Source of the DNA: an uncultured Chloroflexia bacterium
Lineage (GTDB): Bacteria; Chloroflexota; Anaerolineae; Anaerolineales; Villigracilaceae
NCBI GenBank assembly: GCA_963840265.1
Contig: CAWIYA010000002.1
Location: forward strand, 612,289 to 676,288
Length of the DNA stretch: 64,000 bases
Direction: 5' to 3'
Shown: positions 18,626 to 25,106 of the stretch, piece by piece
How the letters are laid out: each line of letters starts with the position of its first letter
How positions within the stretch are numbered: position 1 is the stretch's first letter
The notes under the pieces: model-generated
Database searches by the model: none
The model's input: the letters and a program-made list of their open reading frames with translations, nothing else
What the model was told of the DNA's origin: nothing
Translations under genes and position numbers: made by a program

Positions 18626-18982
18626 TTACTCCATATGAATTAAAATGTGGACACTGACTACGTCAAGCGCAAGGAGAACCACAAACATTCCCACCATCGG
18701 CAACTGACCAAGTTGGGCAAAGTATCCGGGGCTGACGATAGTTGTATATGCTAACAACCCACCAGCAAAAACTGCCAGGTTCTTTGCCCAACTTGCACCC
18801 CGCAGTAAGGCAATCCCACCACCCAGAAGACAAATCGCAGTAATAAATTCCGCTGCCAGGTGAAAAGAAAGAGCTATCGGCTCTGTCTGCACCTCTGGCA
18901 CCGCTCCCGCAGCAAGAAAAAAGCCCCATTGTCCAAACATAATGACGCCGACGAGAATAAAATACCAGGCTGAAAATTTCAT
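18626..18982 (-). CDS. small 4-TM membrane protein, unknown function
   Basis: 118 aa from ATG 18982, with a GGAG RBS 8 nt upstream. The ORF-track start at 19015 lacks an RBS. Confidence 0.55.
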   Translation of the reverse strand: MKFSAWYFILVGVIMFGQWGFFLAAGAVPEVQTEPIALSFHLAAEFITAICLLGGGIALLRGASWAKNLAVFAGGLLAYTTIVSPGYFAQLGQLPMVGMFVVLLALDVVSVHILIHME

Positions 18983-19126
18983 GTTTGTTACTCCATAACT
19001 TTGATAACCAGCCATAGACCATAAATCTATTGTTTAGCAGAAAAAAGTGTAATAATTCCAAATGATCGGAGCGAACTTTTCCGAAGGTATATCATCTTGC
19101 TGAATTTATCTTATTGCATACATATC

Positions 19127-19179
19127 AAAACTCCCCCTGCCAAAGGAGGAGTTTGATACTGGTCAAGTGGATAGGATTT
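19127..19179 (-). repeat. box + GC-hairpin element, copy B
   Basis: Gene-sense sequence: AAATCCTATCCACTTGACCAGTATCAAACTCCTCCTTTGGCAGGGGGAGTTTT. It starts 9 nt after the stop of the DUF2807 gene. Confidence 0.7.
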
Positions 19180-19187
19180 AGAAAAGA

Positions 19188-19940
19188 CTATTTGGATCCG
19201 AGGGCCTTGTAAGTTCCCAGTCCGGTTGTGCTGGTACTGGTCTGAGGATTGCCATAATAAGCAATATTGCCACCCCCGCTGATACTGCCGGTCAATTGAT
19301 CCGTGACCCATACGGTGGCGCTGCCCAACCCCGGAATGGTGATGTTGGCAGTCTGAACCTTAAGATCGGGAGCGTTCACGCTTCCCGCGCCCGAGATATT
19401 GATGGTTGCCTGCGGAACTACACCGGTGAGGTCGACATTCCCCAACCCGCTGACGTTGATATTGGTGGTGTCAGCTGTCAGCTGATCGATCTTTACCTGA
19501 CCGGCACCGCTCATGGTAATTGCCAGAGCAGAGGTCGAGAGGGAACCCATCCCAACTTCGCTCAACCCGCTGACCGTCAGGGAGGTTAGGTCCTTGACTG
19601 AAATCGTGAAAGTTAACACGTTTTCGTTGTTCAGGGTCGTGACGTTGACATCCTCTTTCAATTCCAACGTCAGAATCCCGTTTTGAATAGAGGATGTGAC
19701 CAGGGGGACGACATTGTCACTACCTTGAACTGTCAGCGCTTCGTTGGAACCCTGGCTGAGAATGATCTTGCCGAATGTACGCATATCGATGCCCTTGAAA
19801 TTGCTCACAGAACGGGTCTCGCTGATTATGGCATTCGAAGGCGTAATGACCTTGCCATTTCCGGTGATTTGGAAAATTCCACAACCGGTCACCAGGATGG
19901 CTGCCAGCAAAACCGGCAGAATTACGGAAGTTTTTTTCAT
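19188..19940 (-). CDS. DUF2807 (head GIN domain) lipoprotein, second paralogue
   Basis: 250 aa. The lipobox is LVTGC, and there are repeated SGLG/SGAG beta-helix turns. An AGGAGA RBS lies upstream. Confidence 0.75.
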   Translation of the reverse strand: MKKTSVILPVLLAAILVTGCGIFQITGNGKVITPSNAIISETRSVSNFKGIDMRTFGKIILSQGSNEALTVQGSDNVVPLVTSSIQNGILTLELKEDVNVTTLNNENVLTFTISVKDLTSLTVSGLSEVGMGSLSTSALAITMSGAGQVKIDQLTADTTNINVSGLGNVDLTGVVPQATINISGAGSVNAPDLKVQTANITIPGLGSATVWVTDQLTGSISGGGNIAYYGNPQTSTSTTGLGTYKALGSK

Positions 19941-19963
19941 ATGATCTCCTTATTGGATGATAA

Positions 19964-20311
19964 TTAATCAGGCAGCAGCACATTGACAATCAAGCCAATG
20001 CCTGCCAGGGCAATTAGGATGGGGCCAAGGAAGGTCCAGTTCATGCTAAATAGAAACATGGCGGTCACAAGTACCAGGACCAGCCCCACGATCAGGACTC
20101 CCCGTGCACGCACATTAAACCTTCCACCGGCAGCCTGGACGACCCGCCCGGCAGTTGCAAACGAACCCAATGCCGGGATCAGGATAAATAATGCCCACCA
20201 ATTGCTGAGGGTGTAGATCTTGAGATTCTGCAGAAGCAAGATGCCTGCCAGCAGGATGAGGATGATCCCCAAGATCCACCCACCACGTCCGCGGGAACCA
20301 CGCCTTTCCAT
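19964..20311 (-). CDS. small LiaF-TM-like membrane protein
   Basis: 115 aa. It has an Arg/Gly-rich N-terminus followed by 4 TM segments containing the SNWWALFILIP motif. It lies 23 nt upstream of the DUF2807 gene. Confidence 0.6.
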   Translation of the reverse strand: MERRGSRGRGGWILGIILILLAGILLLQNLKIYTLSNWWALFILIPALGSFATAGRVVQAAGGRFNVRARGVLIVGLVLVLVTAMFLFSMNWTFLGPILIALAGIGLIVNVLLPD

Positions 20312-20587
20312 CCGACGTTCCAGCCTCTCTTCTCGGCGACCCGAGAAATTGGAAGTGGCATATTTTCTGTCATTTTTCCCTTCCTTTCAAATACGGATTT
20401 TGGGTGACACTTGATATACGTCGATTCCAGCAACTTGTTTTTACAAAATTCCAGATAAAGGCTAACCCAATAACCCCGACAGAATGGTATCCTTACCTTC
20501 GTTGACCTTTCGGCGATTCCATATGCTGAAATATTAGAAATTGAACAACCCAATTAAGTGAACACGCTTAGTGTAGCCAATTGCCCT

Positions 20588-20639
20588 AAAATTTACCCCT
20601 GCCAGAAGGCAAGTATTTCCCTGTCCAGGTGGATAGTTG
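20588..20639 (-). repeat. box + hairpin element, copy F, in the divergent region next to the kinase operon
   Basis: Minus-sense sequence: CAACTATCCACCTGGACAGGGAAATACTTGCCTTCTGGCAGGGGTAAATTTT. It is about 310 nt upstream of start 20311 and about 150 nt from the kinase start 20790. Confidence 0.5.
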
Positions 20640-20789
20640 CCGGCAAATTCGTGAATTTGGAGCCAATTTTAGTCAAGGGAAAGCTTTTTCCAGGTTTTTG
20701 GGTTATTACTCCTGAATAATTGGGTGAGCTTCCAGAGATGATGTTCATAGAAACAGGGTAAAATCCATTGTAGTACGCAGGTGACATAA

Positions 20790-23168
20790 ATGCCCAGAAT
20801 AAAGACCACCACCAAATCCCCGGCCCAAACCATTGAAGATCTCAAACGCTCAGAAGCCACCTTCCGAGCCATGTTCGAAACCTCTGCAGTCGGTATCGGA
20901 ATTCTCGGCCTAGATCACAAGATAATTGACGCCAACCCGGCTATTTGCCGAATGTTTGGACGGACAAAAGAGCAGTTCATCGGTCAAGAACCAGCTGTTG
21001 CTACCCTCCCCGAGGATTACCCAAAATCAACGGAAGAATTCCAGGAATTAATGGATGGCAAGCGGGATTATTATTGGGATGAACGCCGATATGTGCGTAC
21101 GAATGGGGATGTATTTTGGGCACATGTGACCATGAGTGTGGTCCGGGATGAAAACAGGATACCGCTGTACCTGGTAGGCATGGTCATCGATATTGATGAG
21201 CAAAAACGAGTTGTGGCTGAATTGCAGACATCCGAATCTCGCTCCCGCGCCATTTTTGAGAACTCCACGGTCGGATTGTTGATCCTCGATGTCAGCAATT
21301 TGACCTTTCAAACCAATGCCGCTGCTCGTGCAATCCTGGATGATCCTGATTTGAATCGGAAACTCAAAGATGTATATGAATTCATCCATGTTCGCTACCA
21401 GGAGTTGGAACGTGATCTTTTCAACCAGTTGCTGAACGGGAAACGCGATCACTATGAAACAGAGCGAATTTATCAGCGCCCTGGGGAAGAGCCAAAATTA
21501 GCAAATCTGACTTTTTCAGCCATCCGCGATGCAAACAAACAGCTCCGTTATATTCTGGGAATGATCGACGATATCACGGAAAAGAAAAAAGTCCAGGACA
21601 GCCTGCGCGAATCCGAAGCGCGCTTCCGGGCAATGTTCGAGAGTTCAGCGATGGGGGTTTTTATCCTGGACGTCAATACCCTGACCTTGCGCTCCAATGA
21701 CGCTGCCAAAGCCATCGTGGAAGATCCTTACCAAGATCGAAAGCTAGAGGATGTATATGAATTCCTCAACCCTCGCTACCGGGAAGCAGAGCGCGATCTT
21801 TACGACCAATTGCTGAGAGGGGACCGGGATACCTACGTAGTGGAGCGCTGTTATTTTCAACAACCGGGAGAAGGGGAGAAATGGGCAAAAGTGACGTTTT
21901 CCACAATAAGGGGAAAAGATGGGAAACTTAATTACGTGGTAGCGATGCTCGATGAGATCACCGAACAGAAAAATGCCCAGGATAACCTGCGTGAAACAGA
22001 GGCACGGTTCCGGGCAATGTTTGATAATGTGTCTGTCGGTATGTCTTTGATGGGCCTGGACCGGCGAGCGATGGCAGTTAATCAAGCGACCGAGCGGATT
22101 ATCGGTTACTCGGCGGAAGAAATCCCCAATGTTGACATCTCCCTTTTGACCTTCCCTGATGATCGAGAGATCGGAGTGAAAGAGTTCGGGGAATTGACCG
22201 TCGGCAAACGGGACAGTCTCCAGATGGAAAAGCGCTACATACGCAAGAATGGTGATGTCTTTTGGGCACGTGTGACGTATTCCCTGGTTCGTAACGCAGA
22301 GGGAAAGCCTCAATACCTCGTGGGATCAATCGAAGATATCAATGAGGTGAAACTGGCTTCCCAAAAATTGGCGGCACAGGAGGCGGAAAATCTCCGGAAT
22401 CTCGAGCAGCGGGTGAAGGAACGTACCCGCGAATTGAGTGAAGCAAACCTGCGCCTGGTGAATGAGATCGAACACCGCCAGAAAGCGGAGGAAGCCCTGG
22501 CAGCCAAGGCTGTAGAGGAGGCGATTACTTCCGAAAGAACCCGCCTGGCTCGCGACCTGCACGATGCAGTCACCCAGACCCTCTTCTCCGCCAGTTTGAT
22601 CGCAGAAGTCCTGCCCGAGATGTGGAAAATGGACGAAGTCGAAGCGAGGAATTCTACTGAAGAGCTGAGACAGCTTACCCGAGGCGCCCTGGCGGAAATG
22701 CGCACACTGCTGCTTGAGCTTCGCCCGGCTGCCCTAACCCAGGCACGCTTTCCTGATCTGCTCAAGCAGCTCAGTGAGGCCTTGATCGGACGTGCCCGAC
22801 TGCCCATCAACCTGCAAGTAAGTGGTGATTATGAAATGCCGCCCGATGTCAAAGTGGCTTTTTACCGGATCGCCCAGGAGAGTCTGAATAACATTGTAAA
22901 GTATGCACGTGCCGACCAGGTGGAAATTCAACTTCGATTACAGTGCTGCAATGTTCATCTTAAAATCAAAGATAATGGAACCGGTTTCGATACTTCAGCG
23001 ATTAAACCCACCAGCCTGGGCATGCGCATCATGAGGGAACGCGCAGATGCAATCCATGCCCATCTGAACATTGACAGTAGTCCAGGGCAGGGAACTTCAG
23101 TCAGCCTGGATTGGAACGAAGATGAGTTAATACCGATCTCTAAAATCATTACGAGAGGTGAAACATGA
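20790..23168 (+). CDS. soluble multi-PAS sensor histidine kinase (HisKA_3/NarX-LiaS class)
   Basis: 792 aa with no TM segment. There are four PAS units, each opening with an xxRFRAMFE-like helix, then a coiled coil, the H-box RLARDLHDAVTQTLF, and HATPase motifs (NNIVKYA, DNGTGF, GLGMRIM). Confidence 0.9.
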   Translation: MPRIKTTTKSPAQTIEDLKRSEATFRAMFETSAVGIGILGLDHKIIDANPAICRMFGRTKEQFIGQEPAVATLPEDYPKSTEEFQELMDGKRDYYWDERRYVRTNGDVFWAHVTMSVVRDENRIPLYLVGMVIDIDEQKRVVAELQTSESRSRAIFENSTVGLLILDVSNLTFQTNAAARAILDDPDLNRKLKDVYEFIHVRYQELERDLFNQLLNGKRDHYETERIYQRPGEEPKLANLTFSAIRDANKQLRYILGMIDDITEKKKVQDSLRESEARFRAMFESSAMGVFILDVNTLTLRSNDAAKAIVEDPYQDRKLEDVYEFLNPRYREAERDLYDQLLRGDRDTYVVERCYFQQPGEGEKWAKVTFSTIRGKDGKLNYVVAMLDEITEQKNAQDNLRETEARFRAMFDNVSVGMSLMGLDRRAMAVNQATERIIGYSAEEIPNVDISLLTFPDDREIGVKEFGELTVGKRDSLQMEKRYIRKNGDVFWARVTYSLVRNAEGKPQYLVGSIEDINEVKLASQKLAAQEAENLRNLEQRVKERTRELSEANLRLVNEIEHRQKAEEALAAKAVEEAITSERTRLARDLHDAVTQTLFSASLIAEVLPEMWKMDEVEARNSTEELRQLTRGALAEMRTLLLELRPAALTQARFPDLLKQLSEALIGRARLPINLQVSGDYEMPPDVKVAFYRIAQESLNNIVKYARADQVEIQLRLQCCNVHLKIKDNGTGFDTSAIKPTSLGMRIMRERADAIHAHLNIDSSPGQGTSVSLDWNEDELIPISKIITRGET

Positions 23169-23794
23169 CAGCCATACGAATACTCCTGGTGGATGACCAC
23201 GCCGTCGTTCGCAGTGGGTTGAGCAAATTCCTGATGGTCAACAAAGACCTTGAATTGGTCGCCGAGGCCTCGGATGGAGCCGAAGCAATCCAAATGACTG
23301 GCTTGCACAAGCCCGATGTGATACTAATGGATCTGATGATGCCAGGGATGGACGGCATTTCGGCTACGCGAGAGATCCATAAAAAATACCCCATGGTTAA
23401 GGTGATCGCCCTGACAAGTTTCTCAGAGCAAAACATGGTCCAGGGCGCTCTGCAGGCTGGAGCTATCGGGTTCCTGCAGAAAAATGTCACTGCCGTGGAA
23501 TTGGGAAGTGCCATTCGTTCCGCCCATGCTGGACGCATGACCCTTTCCCCCGAGGCGGCGCAGGCTCTTGCTCAGACAGTAACCCTGTCTCACCTGCCAG
23601 GTAACGGGTTGACCGATCGGGAGAGGGATGTCCTGCGCTGCATGGTGGAGGGACTGAACAATAACGAAATTGCGGAGAAATTGGTCATCAGCCTAGGTAC
23701 GGTAAAGTTTCACATTTCGAATATTTTCCAGAAACTTGGCGTCGACAGCAGAGTCGAAGCAGTCAAGCTGGGCATCGAACAAAAAATAATCTAA
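23165..23794 (+). CDS. NarL/LuxR-family response regulator
   Basis: 209 aa. The REC domain has LVDDH and the phospho-acceptor DVILMDLMMPGMDG. The C-terminal LuxR HTH reads LTDRERDVL...NNEIAEKL. A 4-nt overlap couples it to the kinase gene. Confidence 0.9.
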   Translation: MTAIRILLVDDHAVVRSGLSKFLMVNKDLELVAEASDGAEAIQMTGLHKPDVILMDLMMPGMDGISATREIHKKYPMVKVIALTSFSEQNMVQGALQAGAIGFLQKNVTAVELGSAIRSAHAGRMTLSPEAAQALAQTVTLSHLPGNGLTDRERDVLRCMVEGLNNNEIAEKLVISLGTVKFHISNIFQKLGVDSRVEAVKLGIEQKII

Positions 23795-23841
23795 TCTCCC
23801 ATTGTTTAAGTTTAGCTGCGACTCGAGTCGCCGATAATATA

Positions 23842-23883
23842 CCTATCCGTTCGGCTAGGTAAAACCTCGACCTACGGCAGGCG
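23842..23883 (+). repeat. box element, copy J (the only plus-strand copy, upstream of a plus-strand gene)
   Basis: CCTATCCGTTCGGCTAGGTAAAACCTCGACCTACGGCAGGCG. The box ends about 63 nt upstream of ATG 23925. Confidence 0.6.
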
Positions 23884-23924
23884 CTATTCCATTTCGTAAA
23901 GCGTAAACTTCAGGCGAGGTAAAA

Positions 23925-24287
23925 ATGAAACGCATCTTAATCGCAGATCCAGATCCGGCTTTCAGAAAGGCTCTGGCCCTTTTGATCGCACAGAAACTGG
24001 ATATTAACCAGATATCGGAAGCCGCTGATACAGGGACCCTGATCCAAATATTATCGGACACCTGCCCTGACCTTTTATTACTTAACTGGTCCATTCATGG
24101 TGTTCCGGGACCCGAGACCTGCGTCCTATTAAAAAATACCTATCCCGACCTGAAGATAATCCTGCTCAGCCTGAACCCGGAGGATGCTGATGCCGCTCAC
24201 GCGGCAGGTGCCGGATTTATTTGCAAGAGTGGTTCACCTGAAGATACCCTTTTGGCTCTTAAGTCGATCCTATCAAAAGGAAATTAA
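23925..24287 (+). CDS. stand-alone receiver-like protein lacking the phospho-acceptor Asp (pseudo-receiver)
   Basis: 120 aa with a REC fold (ILIADPDP...LLLLNWSIHG...LLSLN...ICKSG). Asn sits where the neighbouring regulator has Asp (ILMDLMMPG). Confidence 0.7.
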   Translation: MKRILIADPDPAFRKALALLIAQKLDINQISEAADTGTLIQILSDTCPDLLLLNWSIHGVPGPETCVLLKNTYPDLKIILLSLNPEDADAAHAAGAGFICKSGSPEDTLLALKSILSKGN

Positions 24288-24290
24288 GTT

Positions 24291-24731
24291 TTGAAAATTC
24301 TCCCTATATTCCTGGTAATGCTGATTTCATTGGGGTTCTCATCTTGTACCATGATCGGCCCGCCACTGCCCTGGAAAGAATCAACTTTTACTCCAGAACA
24401 ACCCGTGCTCCAACCATCCGCTACTCCTGAACAACCTTTGGCTGAGTCAACCACAACACCTGAGATATTTATGCCAATCCCAGCAGAACAACGCGCTTTC
24501 GAAAAAGTCCGCGTAACCCTGGCTGGAAAACTGGGCGTGGATCCAATAATCATCTCCCTGGTGGATGTCACCATGGTCGATTGGCCGGACAGCTGCCTGG
24601 GACTGCCCGAGATAGGGGAAATGTGTGCACAGGTTGTGACCCCCGGCTTTCGAGTGCGCATCCAGGAGGGAGGAGCTATCTACGAATTCCACACCGACCT
24701 GGAGGCGAAAGGCGTTCGACAGGTTAAATAG
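24291..24731 (+). CDS. small lipoprotein, unknown function
   Basis: 146 aa from a TTG start. The lipobox is LGFSSC, followed by a Pro/Thr-rich linker and then a Cys-containing domain DWPDSCLGLPEIGEMCAQVVTPGF. Confidence 0.55.
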   Translation: MKILPIFLVMLISLGFSSCTMIGPPLPWKESTFTPEQPVLQPSATPEQPLAESTTTPEIFMPIPAEQRAFEKVRVTLAGKLGVDPIIISLVDVTMVDWPDSCLGLPEIGEMCAQVVTPGFRVRIQEGGAIYEFHTDLEAKGVRQVK

Positions 24732-24790
24732 TGATGCATTTTAATTAATGGTCTTAAAAAATAACTAATATCGAACTGCTTACCAACAGA

Positions 24791-24814
24791 AAAATGGCAC
24801 CAAGATGCCATTTT
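24791..24814. terminator. intrinsic terminator after the lipoprotein gene
   Basis: AAAATGGCA-CCAAGA-TGCCATTTT. Confidence 0.75.
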
Positions 24815-25106
24815 GACCCAAACATCTCCATAACCTTAAAAGAAATAAGGAAATCTGAATCATCCCTTGCCGGTTTTTTTGTGTATTCGTAATTGACTTA
24901 TAATTGACTGACTATTAAGCTTTAGAGTTCGATTTGATTTCTCTGTAGTGTAGCGCAGCCTAGACCTTGATAATATTTCCAATCTTCATCCCCATGATAT
25001 TTGAAATCTTACCGGAGAGAAAATCATTTTATGATTCACCTGGAAGAACGTGAAATTACCTGTAAGCCCACCCTGAAGAAGAATGCCTGCTTGATGGCAG
25101 TTTGAA

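Noticed and set aside
19131-19158. Reading the conserved TGGCAGGGGGAGTTTTG of the box-hairpin element as a sigma-54 -24/-12 promoter.
   Set aside because: The GG is present, but the -12 GC at the required 12-nt spacing is absent in all copies.
20179-20553. A 124-aa minus-strand ORF overlapping the start of 19964..20311 in another frame.
   Set aside because: It has no motifs, it overlaps a plausible membrane protein gene, and it would need a frameshift to join that gene.
24890-24909. A direct repeat TAATTGACT-TA-TAATTGACT containing a perfect TATAAT, about 200 nt upstream of the Dld-II-like gene.
   Set aside because: A 9-nt repeat at some short spacing is expected by chance a few times in 64 kb. 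There is no matching -35 at 17 nt and no second line of evidence.
24938-25023. A tRNA-like look: a GTAGCGCAGCCTAG stretch resembling a D-arm, flanked by 7-nt complementary ends.
   Set aside because: I could not fold a cloverleaf. There is no D-stem partner, no T-loop consensus, and no anticodon arm of the correct geometry.
25031-25105. A 24-codon upstream ORF (MIHLEEREITCKPTLKKNACLMAV) whose stop lies 1 nt before the ATG of the Dld-II-like gene.
   Set aside because: Its RBS is weak and there is no recognisable leader-peptide logic. It may be chance and needs Ribo-seq or conservation data before any claim.
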